Numbered from the stretch's first letter, positions 15,981 through 30,787 are shown. The stretch is 64,000 bases of DNA from Eledone cirrhosa (GCA_964016885.1 OZ024747.1:14136001-14200000); one strand, 5' to 3'. Notes: a model not told the origin generated them from the sequence alone. Made by a program: numbers and translations.

Positions 15981-16339
15981 TTTGTTTTTATCTACATATC
16001 TAAAAGAAATCAGCTGTGTTCAGGTCTGTAGAGAAATGGATGGATTCCGCATGTGACCCGGCAATATCACTGCAGCACTCTTAGGTCACCAAGATGAGTT
16101 ATGGTGTCATGGAATTGGTGCAAAAGAATTATTCATTCCACTTTATTCCTTTCTTTCTAGCCTTCCATCTTTTGTCCCTCTTTCCTCCTTTCCTGTGATT
16201 ATGAGTCTGAATCGTAGCTACCATATAGAAAACATATTATATAGTTAGATACTCTTGACAAGAGATATCTTAGAAATATCTATAGTTTACCAGGAAGGAC
16301 GAAGTCTCTAATGAACAGTTGTTTCATAAATGTGATATA

Positions 16340-16502
16340 CAAATCATAGAGGCTTATTTAATAAAGTCTCATTTAAAATAGGCTGGTCATCTTGCTTGGA
16401 TGAATGAAGGAAAGACTGTCGAAAATTCTTACTTATGGCCAACTAGAGGAGGGACTGCGAAGCATAGGAAGATTTCTTCTTAGATATAAGGATAAGCTGA
16501 AA
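16340..16502 (+). mobile_element. Degenerate RTE-like LINE fragment
   Basis: Frameshifted reading resembles (W)AGHLAxMNE.RL.KILTYGQLEEG.R..GR...RYKDKLK. Confidence 0.55.
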
Positions 16503-16504
16503 AA

Positions 16505-16690
16505 TAATTATTTCTAATTTTTGGCACAAGTCCAGCAATTATCCCAGTGCATTACTGGTACTTTATTTTATCAATCCCGTAAGGATTAAAGGCAAAGTTA
16601 ACCTCGGCGAGATTTGAACTCAGAACGCAAAGGGACGTAACTCTATGCTACAAAGTATTGCGTACGACCCTCTACCGATACGGCCACTCC
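16505..16690 (-). mobile_element. Major SINE copy
   Basis: Matches the SINE unit. Confidence 0.88.
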
Positions 16691-17045
16691 CAAAATAATG
16701 TCAAGCATATTGTGCAGACCAGTGGATGGCATTTTGCAACTACATACCATTAGCCTCTAAAAATCCCACCCATTTTATTGTCTGAAGATAAACTGCAGAA
16801 TGTATATGCTATTCCGAATCTAGTGGTAGGGAGTTACGTAACTGCACATCGATAATTTTGCTCTCTGAAACGATTGTAAAACAATGGATCAATAAACTTC
16901 TTCACCATATCATATTGCTTCCTTGTTTAACATTATATATATATGTATACACACTCACACATGCTCGCATATACATACATACGTAATTACACACACATAT
17001 AATAGATAAATATTATGTGTGTGTGTATGTGTGTAATTGCCTCTG

Positions 17046-17085
<40 letters not shown>

Positions 17086-17107
17086 GGTTACCTTTTACAT
17101 ACATACA

Positions 17108-17177
<70 letters not shown>

Positions 17178-17182
17178 ATATA

Positions 17183-17260
<78 letters not shown>

Positions 17261-17282
17261 GAAACTCTCGTAGTTTAGAAAG

Positions 17283-17560
17283 GATGCATGAAGATGACTG
17301 AGAATAACAAGTTTGCTCTTCTATGCAACAATAAATTATCACGAATCCTGTAAATCTGGAATTTTAATCCTGCCATTTCAATGTTATATTGATCGAGAAT
17401 TTTGTCAACTTCCGGTGAAATTTCCGCCATATTTCCACAAGTAGCAACAACTGACAGACACAAATTCACAAGAAAATTTTGCTTCTCTATATTTGACCTT
17501 CCAAACCGTACAATAATTGATATTTAACTTTACATGTTTAACCCTTCCAACACCTATCAT
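17283..17560 (-). repeat. Unclassified interspersed repeat, inverted homolog of 29860-30115
   Basis: Both copies translate to LCLSVVATCGNMAEISPEVDK..DQYNIEM.GLKFQIY.I. Confidence 0.8.
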
Positions 17561-18277
17561 CCTCATTTTAATTCTGTAGCTTAAATAAAACCAGTGATAT
17601 AGGTATTTAAGCTCTGACAAACGTTTTTATTGTTGCTGTTGTTGTTGTTGCTGGTGCAGTTCATCTTGTTTCTTTTATTATTTACACTTAAGGCAGCATT
17701 TATCAATCAATTCTAGGAGGAAAAGCATTCTCTTAACATCATGTCTTATATTCGAATACAGAACATCCGGGTTTGCGTATTCTCGTGCATCTTTCTTATA
17801 TCTTTTAGGAATTGTTGCTATTTTACTAAGAGCAGTTACGTAGATGTTTCTTTATTGAATCCTCTCCTCTAAAGCTCTGTTAAAATCGTCACTAAACCTT
17901 TTTATACGGTAAGAAATAGACGTGAAATATTTATCCATTCTTGACTCATCTATGATATATGTTGATCGTAATTAGGGAAACATTTTGTGCCTCTGTCTTT
18001 CTGCCAACACCACAATCATAAATCTTTAGAGGGGTCTGAAGTAAGAATGTAACAATAAGTAACTAAATATTTCAAGGTATTTTGCGCGAGGTTCTGTCGA
18101 CTCTACTAATCCGCTGCCATTTCGTTCCACACTCTACCGATTTTTTTTTTCAATTTATAATCCTATCTAGTTTGATGTTTTTTTCATTAAGGATGTTTTC
18201 ATATTTTCCTTGTAAATAATTATCTCTGGATTCAAACTATAAATAGGAATTTACAATGTTCGTCACAAGTATGAAAA

Positions 18278-18365
18278 TACACTCTTGACAGGTGCAATGT
18301 GTCCGAACACGAAAGAGCCGAACTCGCCCCCATCCCGCCCCCATCTCTCTCGCTCTCCCCATCTC
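18278..18365 (-). repeat. Short unclassified repeat (other copies about 28985-29050 and 61300-61395)
   Basis: Shared GAGTTCGGCTCTT..GTGTT.GGACACATT motif. Confidence 0.65.
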
Positions 18366-18677
18366 ACTGTCTATTATATCTCAAAAATTTCTTACAAAGA
18401 CGAGCCTTTCTTTTTAAAACCAGAAAATACTGAAATTGTTCGTGCACATTTCTAATTTGGGAACGTAAATCCCGGGAAAATATAACTCTCATATATAATA
18501 CACACTGATGTTCTTAAGTATTGCGTTGTATACAACAAAGTGTGTTTAGTCAATGAAATATATTGAAAAGTTTCACGCATTCTAAACAAAAGTAAAAGCA
18601 AATTCGAAGTGACCTCTAACCTTTATTTACGTTGGGCGTAAAAGAGCACATGATATAAAATTATTATGGAAATATCA

Positions 18678-18753
<76 letters not shown>

Positions 18754-18761
<8 letters not shown>

Positions 18762-18905
18762 ATACTTTGGGAGGGTCATGTTGCCAATAAGAAACACACG
18801 CATGTGTTTCTTATTGGCAACATGACCCTCCCAAAGTATAACAATATCGGTTTCAACACACGATTTCAGATAAAGAATCTTGCTAAACAAATTCAGAAAC
18901 GAAAT
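18754..18905 (+). mobile_element. Fold-back element in (TA)n: palindrome with arms of about 45 bp plus tail
   Basis: ATATTGTTATACTTTGGGAGGGTCATGTTGCCAATAAGAAACACA cgca TGTGTTTC...AACAATAT. Confidence 0.7.
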
Positions 18906-18922
18906 ATATATATATATATATA

Positions 18923-19431
<509 letters not shown>

Positions 19432-19477
19432 TTAGATCATTACGCATTTTATATAATTATACGACATATAAGCCACG

Positions 19478-19620
19478 GAAATGGCAGAATCGCTAGAACG
19501 TCAGATAGCCTGCTTTACAGTATTCCTTCTGGCTCTCTGTTTTCTCAGTTCAAATCCCGCCGAGGTCAGCTTTGCCTTTCATCCATTCGTTAAAAAAAAT
19601 GTACCAGTCTTGTACTGGGG
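19478..19620 (+). mobile_element. Diverged SINE copy
   Basis: TGGCAGAATCGCTAGA...GTTCAAATCCCGCCGAGG...GCCTTTCATCC. Confidence 0.75.
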
Positions 19621-19814
19621 GATTTTCACTATATCTCGTTCTCACTTCCTTTCTGTCACCCTCTATCCTTCTCTGGAAGAAATCTGCTGTATTCAGGCTT
19701 GGATAGGGTATGGGCTCAGCCAGGCTTTAAAATGCCCCAAGAAATGCCGTATGTCAATATGATTCCCCTACGACTTACAGGTCCACACTATACCATATCA
19801 TACTACATATAAAT

Positions 19815-19893
<79 letters not shown>

Positions 19894-19897
<4 letters not shown>

Positions 19898-20101
19898 AAC
19901 GAGTAGGACCCCGACGGCTGAGCTCAAGCCGTTTCGACGGCTAATTCTGGACACAGCTAATTGGTCCAGAATTAGCCGTCGAAACGGCTTGAGCTCAGCC
20001 GTCGGGGTCCTATTCGTTCCTATTACCCACTCTACTACCCTAAGTATTGAGTACTTTGGTGCGTTATGGTCCACCTGGTTCCTTACCACATTTCCTTCGT
20101 T
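19894..20101 (+). mobile_element. Family A fold-back element, most complete copy
   Basis: Arms 19894-19952 and 19964-20022; stem II hairpin GCTAATT/AATTAGC; GAA 19981, stem III ACGGCT/AGCCGT, GUC site at 20003; tail to (TA)n. Confidence 0.88.
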
Positions 20102-20178
20102 ATATATATATATATATATAGACAAACATAGAATATTCGAAAATATTCTGTATGTTTATAATAAACATTTATATATCC

Positions 20179-20229
<51 letters not shown>

Positions 20230-20230
<1 letters not shown>

Positions 20231-20450
20231 GGTAGAGCAGGTGGTGAGAGAATTGGATTGGATTCACAATCGTGAGATTGTGAGTTCGATTCCTGGACAG
20301 CGATGCGTTATGTCCTTGAGCAAGATACTTTATTTCACGTTGTTCCTTGTACCTGTAGTTACGACCGATAGAGAGTATTAGCAATTGGAAAGACCAACGG
20401 AAACATTGTTTCCTCGGTCCGATTTCACGAAAAGTCGATCGACTGTCGAT
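20230..20450 (+). mobile_element. CORE-like SINE (family B)
   Basis: tRNA-like head ending GTGAGTTCGATTCC, then TGTCCTTGAGCAAGATACTT. Confidence 0.72.
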
Positions 20451-20871
20451 ATATACATCTTATGTGTGAGAGCCGTAAGCATCAAAAGAGTTGATAAAAC
20501 TTTCGTTATAGTAAGTCAATTTTAGTTAGTATGATAGTGTTACCTAGTCATAGATTTGGTATCTAATAATTTACTGTAAGAAATAAATAACATGTCAGCT
20601 TGGAACTCTATTATGTACAGAAATATCCTAAAGTTTGTAGGTTTATACTTAAGCTAGAGTATTTGATTCAAGCACGGTGGAATACCCTGTTATAACGAAA
20701 GTATACACCAGGGCTACATACAGACATACACACACGTGTGTGTATATATGTATGTATGTATATATGTATGTTTATATGTATATACATATATGCATATGTA
20801 TGTATAAAGATAAGTATGTACATATATATTTATATATATATGTATATGTATGTATAAAGATAAGTATGTAC

Positions 20872-20903
<32 letters not shown>

Positions 20904-20940
20904 GAATAAATACATGAGTGTATACAAATATATGTATATA

Positions 20941-21017
<77 letters not shown>

Positions 21018-21031
21018 ATATATATATGTGC

Positions 21032-21097
<66 letters not shown>

Positions 21098-21134
21098 ATA
21101 TATATATGTGCATATATATATATATGTATATATA

Positions 21135-21200
<66 letters not shown>

Positions 21201-21260
21201 TATATACATATATTTGTATAAACTCATGTATTTATTCATATACATACATATATATATATA

Positions 21261-21339
<79 letters not shown>

Positions 21340-21434
21340 TTAGCTCTCTCCCTTTCTCCAAACCCTCTCTCTCTCTACACACACATATATATATATATAG
21401 ATCTCTCCCTCTCTCCCTCAATCTCTTTCTCCCC

Positions 21435-21496
<62 letters not shown>

Positions 21497-22115
21497 CACA
21501 TTGCTACTATTTGTAGTAAGAAATGAATTAAGTTCAGTAGATGTCTAAAAAAGATTGGTTCATGAGAGATATTTCATTCTTTAGAAAATATACAAGAAGA
21601 GGAAATGAATAAATCTGCTTCTTAAGATTCTGGCAACTTTTCTTCAAATTGTTTCCTTTGGTCAAAGTTACCTTCCCTTGCTTTCCAATAGTTAAATGTG
21701 AGAAATATAAATGTAGACAGACATATGGGCATATGTATCCGTTCAGCTATGTATGTATGTATGTATGTATGTATGTATGTATGTATGTATGTATGTATGT
21801 ATGTATGTATGTATGTATGTATGTATGTATGTATGTATGTGTGTATGTATGTATGTATGTATGTATGTATGTGTGTGTGTGTATTTGTGTGTGTGTGCGT
21901 GCATGACCGCGCACGCGTGCGTGTGTGTATGTGTGTGTGTGTATGTGTGCGTGTATGTGTGTATATATATGAAGGTATGTATGTATATATGTATGCATGC
22001 ATGAATGTATGCATGTATGTATGTATAAGTACATAGATACTCACACTTACATATATGTACATATGTGCATGCATATGTATGTATATGTATATATACTGTA
22101 TATATATATATATAT

Positions 22116-22670
22116 ATAAAATATTAAACAAATAATGAACAAACAATTCCTTATATTAAACAAAAAAAGTTCACTATTTAACGATCGTTTCTAGGGTATA
22201 TATGTGTTATAATTGGTATGCATATTCAACAGATCTATGTACAAAATTATACAAAATTATACAAATTATCAAGATTAAATATACATACCTAACACATATA
22301 TACGCCGTCTTCAGAAATAATTTATTTCTGTTTATTTCTGAAGACGGCGTATATATGTGTTAGGTATGTATATTTAATCTTGATAATTTGTATAATTTTG
22401 TATAATTTTGTACATAGATCTGTTGAATATGCATACCAATTATAACACATATATACCCTAGAAACGATCGTTAAATAGTGAACTTTTTTTGTTTAATATA
22501 AGGAATTGTTTGTTCATTATTTGTTTAATATTTTATCTTGACTCTGTATACCGTTTATCTTTCACCGAAAGTGGATTTTCATTACATCTCTTCTTTCCAT
22601 GATATCCGGAATACATTGAGTTCTTCATACGGATTGGACACTACCGTAAACTCTTGGTAGATTTATCTAC
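22116..22670 (+). mobile_element. Fold-back element with 205-bp arms, a hammerhead in each arm and a 3' tail
   Basis: Arms 22116-22320 and 22332-22536; + strand HHR 22333-22477: TATTT-CTGAAGA-long stem II (GTATATATGTGTT/AACACATATATAC)-GAA-ACGATCGT-T-AAATA. Confidence 0.8.
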
Positions 22671-22682
22671 ATATATATATAT

Positions 22683-22740
<58 letters not shown>

Positions 22741-22843
22741 TATTTATATGTATATATATATATATATATGTACATATATATATCATTCTCTCAGTTTTTA
22801 AACCCCCCCCCCCCCACACACTCACACACACACGTATATATAC

Positions 22844-22940
<97 letters not shown>

Positions 22941-23016
22941 TATATATCATTCTCTCAGTCTATACCCCCACATACACACATACACGCACACACATATATA
23001 TATACATATATATTTA

Positions 23017-23099
<83 letters not shown>

Positions 23100-23111
23100 C
23101 ATATATATATA

Positions 23112-23212
23112 TGGTGAAATAACGCACCAGAGTACTCAATACTTAGGGTAGTAAAGTGGGTATGGGAAAATGTTCAAGACCCCGACGGCAGAGCTCAAGC
23201 CGTTTCGACGAC

Positions 23213-23215
<3 letters not shown>
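23112..23215 (-). mobile_element. Family A fragment
   Basis: GAGTACTCAATACTTAGGG...GAGCTCAAGCCGTTTCGACG between TA repeats. Confidence 0.8.
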
Positions 23216-23267
<52 letters not shown>

Positions 23268-23410
23268 TACATATACATATATATGCGTACGTGTGTGTTT
23301 GTGTGTAAGTGTGTCCATTGTGTGTACATTTATTTCATAGTGTGTGATAATGAAAATGAATTGCGACAATGTGGAGAAAAGAAATCTAGTCGGAATAAAC
23401 TGATATATAT

Positions 23411-24462
23411 AGAGAGGTAGATAGTTATCTAATATATACTCTCACATATATACACACACACGTACACACTGCTGAGTGCATACACACATACACACATGCA
23501 TAGAGAGGTAGATAGTTATCTAATATATACTCTCACATATATACACACACACGTACACACTGCTGAGTGCATACACACATACACACATGCACAGAGAGGT
23601 AGATAGTTATCTAATATATACTCTCACATATATACACACACACGTACACACTGCTGAGTGCATACACACATACACACATGCATAGAGAGGTAGATAGTTA
23701 TCTAATATATACTCTCACATATATACACACACACGTACACACTGCTGAGTGCATACACACATACACACGTGTTCGTGTATTGATACACAAACGTACACAC
23801 TTCTGAATACAAACTGACATACACGCTTGTGGACAGATACTCACACACGTACACACCTCTGAATACACACACACACACAAACGTACATACTTCTGAATGC
23901 ACACACACACACACAAGCACGCACACACTTCTGAATACACACACATACACACACACACACGTACACACTTCTGAATACAAACTGACATACACGCTTGTGG
24001 ACAGATACTCACACACGTACACACTTCTGAATACACACACACACACACAAGCACGCACACACTTCTGAATACACACACATACACACACACACACACACGT
24101 ACACACTTCTGAATACAAACTGACATACACGCTTGTGGACAGATACTCACACACGTACACACTTCTGAATACACACACACACACAAACGTACACACTTCT
24201 GAATACACACGCACACACACAGACACACAGACAAACGTACACACTTTTGAATGCACACACACACGCACACGCACACGCACACACACACACACACACACGC
24301 GCGTGCGCACACACGCACACACAAACATACACACTTCTAAATGCACGCACACACACACACACACACACGCACACACGCACACACGCACAAACATACACAC
24401 TTCTGAATGCACACACACACACACATATGCTCGTGGATTGACACAAACGTACACACTTCTGA

Positions 24463-24495
<33 letters not shown>

Positions 24496-24500
24496 AACGT
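23411..24500. repeat. 91-bp tandem repeat (4 copies, 23411-23770) followed by a degenerate CA-rich minisatellite
   Basis: AGAGAGGTAGATAG starts at 23411, 23502, 23593, 23684; recurrent CACACTTCTGAATAC downstream. Confidence 0.85.
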
Positions 24501-24739
24501 ACACACATGCATTTGCATGTCCACATGTCCACATACACGCCCACTTTTCACGTCCGCATGTACTCAAATTGTTCCACAAATATCTATACATACACGCCTA
24601 CTTATCACTGTACATGCCTATATATACTTATACATACATATATTTACATACATAAATATAATACATTCATATTATATATGCATACATACATAAATATTTT
24701 CAGGCAAGCATACATGCATATTTGTATAGTTATGTAGAC

Positions 24740-24779
<40 letters not shown>

Positions 24780-24794
24780 CAAACATATATAACA

Positions 24795-24880
<86 letters not shown>

Positions 24881-24941
24881 CTCTTTCTACACGCACATTT
24901 CTATCTATTAATCTATCTAAATATCTATCTATCTCCATATG

Positions 24942-24986
<45 letters not shown>

Positions 24987-25523
24987 ATGTGTGTGTGGTG
25001 TGTGTGTGTATGTGCGTGTGTGTGTATGTATACACACACACACACACACGCACACACATATATATATATATATATACATATATACATATATATATATATA
25101 TTGTGTGCGGGGCCCCAGCATGGCCTCAGCCGGATGGCTGGAACAGGTAAAAGAGTAAAAAAGAATATACATACACATATAAAGATATATATATACTTAC
25201 ATACACATACACACACATATATATATATAAACACACACATATATACACATATATACACATATATATAAATCCCTGCATATACCCACACATATTCATACTA
25301 GAATGGATGTTTAAAATTTCCTATTTCTTAACAGAATGAACACAATACTTTTAAGTAGAGAGTAAATTTTATTTTTGAAGCAGAAACATCGAAGGGACTG
25401 GCATTAAATATATATATATACATAAAATAAAGTACCAGTAATGTACTGGGTAATTACTGGCCTTGTGCCTAAAATAGAAACAATTAAATATATATATATA
25501 TACATACATATGTATATATATAG

Positions 25524-25560
<37 letters not shown>

Positions 25561-25589
25561 CAGTATATATATATATATATATATATATA

Positions 25590-25717
25590 TAGCTATCGGA
25601 ACGGCTTGAGCTCTGCCGTTGGGGTCATACTTTTTCCTATTACCCACTGTACTACCCTAAGTATTGAGTACTTTGGTGCGTTATGGTCCATCTGGTTCCT
25701 TACCACATCTCCTTCGT

Positions 25718-25720
<3 letters not shown>
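25590..25720 (+). mobile_element. Family A fragment
   Basis: GAACGGCTTGAGCTCTGCCGT plus tail. Confidence 0.8.
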
Positions 25721-25751
<31 letters not shown>

Positions 25752-25754
25752 TAC

Positions 25755-26150
25755 ATGCTTCTGTACGGGTCTGAGACTTGGACACTGACCAAGAAACTCA
25801 CTCAGATGGTGGATGGGTGCTACACGAGAATGTTGAGGATGGCTCTGAACATTAATCAGTATACACTGAGGATGAAAAACTCAGAGCTGTATGGGAGCCT
25901 CCCAAAGGTCAGCTCAAAAGTGACACAGAGGAGACTGAGGTTAACTGGACATGCTCACCGACATCCAGAGTTGACATTGCATTCAGTGCTCCCGTGGACA
26001 CACTGGAAGAGGAAGACCAAGATTAACGTATGTTGATGCCCTAACGACAGACACTGGTCTGTTGGAGACGCAGGACATGGCAGCGATAATGAGGAACAGA
26101 GACCGCTGGAGAGAACTCGTCTATGGATCTCGGGAATTTTACCCGCCCTA
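25755..26150 (+). mobile_element. RTE-clade LINE 3' fragment
   Basis: LLYGSETWTLTK...RMLR...RRLRLTGH; same family as 11403. Confidence 0.85.
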
Positions 26151-26163
26151 TATATATATACAT

Positions 26164-26276
<113 letters not shown>

Positions 26277-26467
26277 CATATACACACATGCATGCACACA
26301 CACACATATATATGCCAACACAAAAGCAAGAATGATGAGGGTCATTCTACTGACATGACCTTAAAAGAGGCTATTTGCATAATTGCAAACGAATCGAATA
26401 TTATTAATATTCGAAAAACTCAGATCACATTTATTGTATTCAGCCATGTAGAGCGATAAACTATTTG

Positions 26468-26502
<35 letters not shown>

Positions 26503-26515
26503 TATATATATATAT

Positions 26516-26725
26516 AGGAACGAGTAGGACCCCGACGGCTGAGCTCAAGCCGTTTCGACGGCTAGTCCAGAATTAGCCGTCGAAACGGCTTGAGCTCAGC
26601 TGTTCCTATTACCCACTCTACTACCCTAAGTATTGAGTACTTTGGTGCGTTATGGTCCACCTGGTTCCTTACCACATTTCCTTCGTTATATATATATATA
26701 TATATATATAAAAATATACTATATA

Positions 26726-26759
<34 letters not shown>

Positions 26760-26945
26760 GGAACCAGTAAGACCCCGACAGCTGAGCTCAAGCCGTTTCG
26801 ACGGCTAATCCAGAATTAGCCGTCGAAACGGCTTGAGCTCAGCTGTCGGGGTCTTACTGGTTCCTATTACCCACTCTACTACCTCAAGTATTGAGTACTT
26901 TGGTGCGTTATGGTCCACCTGGTTCCTTCCCACATTTCCTTCGTT
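26516..26945 (+). mobile_element. Two family A fold-back copies (26516-26688, 26760-26945)
   Basis: Same palindrome and tail, each flanked by TA repeats. Confidence 0.88.
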
Positions 26946-27205
26946 ATATATATATATATATATATATAAATATATAATCGGAGAAAGCTAATAGCGATAC
27001 TCCGGCCAAATTCCAACTCACTCAACAAACATTAGGAAATACCTGATTATATTCCCAATTAAACGTTCGGGGTGTTAACTAATTGTATTGTGGGGAAAAT
27101 TGGCTGTATCATTTCAAATGAGATATATCAAATATCTCTCTTCCCAGAAGGTCGTCTCGTTTCACTATAAGATTTCTACAAGTTGGGTGAAATTATACCA
27201 ATTTA

Positions 27206-27278
<73 letters not shown>

Positions 27279-27374
27279 TAACAGATTAAGGTTTAAGAAA
27301 AGAATCGGGATCTTCTGAAACTAAAAAAAAAAAAAATCTGTGATCGCAGATTTTCGTCTTCACATTTATCATCA

Positions 27375-27562
27375 TTGGATTGGCAGTATCAGTAGAGGGT
27401 CGGACGCCATGTTTTGCAGCATCGAGTTACGGCCCTTTATGGTCTGAGTTCAAATCCCGCCGAGGTTAACTTTGCCTTTCATCCTTACGGGGTCGATAAA
27501 ATAAAGTACCAGTAATGTACTGGGTAATTGCTAGCCTTGTGCCAAAAGTAGAAACAATTATT
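27375..27562 (+). mobile_element. Major SINE copy
   Basis: Matches the SINE unit. Confidence 0.9.
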
Positions 27563-27570
27563 ATTATTAC

Positions 27571-27620
<50 letters not shown>

Positions 27621-27635
27621 ACCACTTATTATTAC

Positions 27636-27695
<60 letters not shown>

Positions 27696-27697
<2 letters not shown>

Positions 27698-27888
27698 ACG
27701 AAGGAAATGTGGTAAGGAACCAAGTGGACCATAATGCACCAAAGTACTCAATACATAGGGGAGTAGAGTGGGTAATAGGAACGAGTAGGACCCCGACGGC
27801 TGAGCTCAAGCCGTTTCGACGGCTAATTCTGGAGTCCAGAATTAGCCGTCGAAACGGCTTGAGTTCAGCCGTCGGGGTCCTACTCGTT

Positions 27889-27890
<2 letters not shown>
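27696..27890 (-). mobile_element. Family A fold-back copy
   Basis: Reverse orientation of the 19894 element. Confidence 0.88.
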
Positions 27891-27982
<92 letters not shown>

Positions 27983-28195
27983 AGTGGTTCCGTAGATCGT
28001 GGTTTGCTGAGCAAGGTACGAAAGTGAGGACTCTATGCTAAGGCAGAGTGTATATATTAAAAACAAAACAAGGTTTCACACTAAGGTCTTTATTGATTAC
28101 ACACAGTTACGGCTGTTTCACAGATGGGTGGCTCAAGATCCATGTAAATGAGATAGACACGACCACAATCCGATCTGATCATCAGACCTGTTAGT
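27983..28195 (-). ncRNA. Type I hammerhead (28103-28191) with 3' tail ending at (TA)n
   Basis: Minus strand: ACAG(G)T-CTGATGA-T CAGAT..ATCTG T-GAA-AC agcc GT-A-ACTGT; then AATAAA and GAGTCCT box. Confidence 0.7.
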
Positions 28196-28455
28196 CAAGC
28201 AAAGCCAAAATCTCATCTCGTCGTCCAACACACACACACACATACACACACACACACACATACAGACACACACACAGACGCACACAGACACACACACACA
28301 CAATGTGTGACAAGGTTTTCATTTACGGACCAATTATTTTTACCAGCTGAGTAAACTAGAGCAACTATAAATAAAAAGTCTTGCTCAATGTTTCAATGAA
28401 CCACCAGGAATCGAAGTCACAACCATATTATAATTGTGAGTCGAATACTCTAACT

Positions 28456-28881
28456 CAGCGTCCCTCAATAGGTGCTTCCTGGAACTTTAGGGTTCCGCAA
28501 GAGGTCGTTAGGTGTTCCGCATAAAATAGGGATAAATTAGGTAATGTATGTTTGAGTAATAATAATTTCTAGTATAGGCACAAGGCCAGCAATTTGGGGT
28601 GAGGGAAAACTCGATTAAATCGACCCCAGTACGTTACTGGTGCTTTATTTTATCCACCCGTTAGGATGAAAGGCAAAGTTAACCTTGGTAGGATTTGAAC
28701 TCAGAATATAAAGGGCCATAACTCTATGCTGTAAAGTATGGTGTCTGACGCTCTACCGATACTGCCAATCCACCGCCCAATATTGGAGTAATAATGATAT
28801 ATAATAATTTTCAGGCAGGGGTTCTATGAGACATGAAAACTACTTCAAGGTTTACACAAGGGTAAACAGTTGAGAAACGCT
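28456..28881. mobile_element. hAT/Charlie-like MITE with a nested SINE (about 28560-28780, minus strand)
   Basis: Imperfect TIRs CAGCGTCCCTCAA / TTGAGAAACGCTA; internal GGGTTCCGC motifs; GAGTAATAAT on both sides of the SINE as a candidate TSD. Confidence 0.6.
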
Positions 28882-29589
28882 ACTATCTCCCTTACCATTC
28901 TCCGGTGAAACGCCTTCTCCATTCTGTCCGCCGAGGCCGTGGGGCGGCCAGCACGTGGGACCCCATTTACTCATAATACAGAGAGATGGGGAGGGCGAGA
29001 GAGACGGAAGCGATGATAGTGGGAGTTCGGCTCTTCTGTGTTTGGACACATTTATCAATTCTTTATCAATATTTACAGAACTAGTTCTGTTTCATCCCAC
29101 CTGGATGCTGAAGTGAAGTGAAGTTATCAAACTGCCACAACATTTACCTAGATTACTAAACGTGTTGGGCAACCACATATATACGACAATTAATGTATTA
29201 TTCAAGGGCATTGGGTGCTATGGCCAAGAGATTGGTAGAATCGTTAAAGTATCGGTCAAAATTCTTTGTGATATATACCCTTGAACCATGTCCACAACGG
29301 CGTACATCCTCTCTACACCCAATGCCCAAACACAGTCTAGAGAGGAGCCGTCTACTCTCGTATATTATAATTGGGAAGAAACTTCTAGAGATACTCGGAA
29401 TAACGATGTAGTTAGATAAGCTTCAGGTGTTCAAATGAGATGAGCTCTTGATTTCTTTCCATGTCAGAAATACAGTGAACATATGCCAGGCAATTGGACA
29501 TTTATAAATCGATATATGGGCCAATGAACTTTTCAGTCGATTGTCGTGTATACATATTCTTGCAATCTTGGGTATTTATTATATATATG

Positions 29590-29800
29590 TCGTGGGTTCG
29601 ATTCCTGGGCTGCGTGTTGTGTTCTTGAGCAAAACACTTCATTTCACGTTGCTCCAGTATACTCAGCTGGAAATGAGTACCAGCAATAGCTGCGATGGAT
29701 TGGCGTCCTGTCCAGGGGGAGTCTTGTACTCTCAGTTGCTTTACGTCATTTAACTGGGATAAGCATCGGGCAAATGAACCTTCTGGCTTAAGACAGACTT
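29590..29800 (+). mobile_element. CORE-like SINE
   Basis: GGGTTCGATTCC B-box, GTGTTCTTGAGCAAAACACTT, GCGATGGATTGGCGTCCTGTCCAGGGG. Confidence 0.72.
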
Positions 29801-29859
29801 TAGACATTTAGATTTATTATATATATATATTCTAGCAACCAGGGTGTAATGATAATAGG

Positions 29860-30115
29860 GTAAAGCCCCAAAATTAATTATTAGACGTTTTGGAAGGTCA
29901 AATGTGGAGTAGCAAAATTTTCTTGTGAAATTGTGCCTATCAGTTGTTGCTACTTGTGGAAATATGGCGGAAATTTCACCGGAAGTTGACAAAACTGTCG
30001 ATCAATATAACATTGAAATGGAAGGATTAAAATTCCAGATTTACAAGATTCATAATAATTTATTGTTGTATAGAAGAGCTCACTTGTTATTCTCAGTCAT
30101 CCTTATGCACTCATG
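29860..30115 (+). repeat. Unclassified interspersed repeat (homolog of 17283-17560)
   Basis: Colinear similarity over about 250 bp. Confidence 0.8.
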
Positions 30116-30240
30116 CATACTTTCTAAGCTGTGAGTGTCTATGTGTATACATACATACATACATACACACACAGACTCACACACGCACACCACATATATA
30201 TGTATACGTATATACATATACACTCCCACACATATATATG

Positions 30241-30319
<79 letters not shown>

Positions 30320-30417
30320 ATGTGTGTTGTATCTGTGTATATATATATATATATATATACATTCGGATCTAGCTGTCGAAACGACCGGAGCTCAGCCGTC
30401 GGGGTCCTGACTCTTTT

Positions 30418-30466
<49 letters not shown>

Positions 30467-30591
30467 GAATAACTAATTGTATTTATTTATATTTTCATTC
30501 TGTAAAGAATTATAAACAATTTGTAACGTTATTTATACAAGTGCGAATAAATATTCTTATTCTGAAATGATTGTTGAAGGGGAAACACTAA

Positions 30592-30672
<81 letters not shown>

Positions 30673-30730
30673 CATACACGTACACACATATATATGTATA
30701 TATATATATATATATACACGTACACACAGA

Positions 30731-30787
<57 letters not shown>

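Noticed and set aside
17275-17469. Short ORF shared with 29925-30134, suggesting a duplicated gene
   Set aside because: Better explained as two copies of an interspersed repeat; no recognisable protein motif
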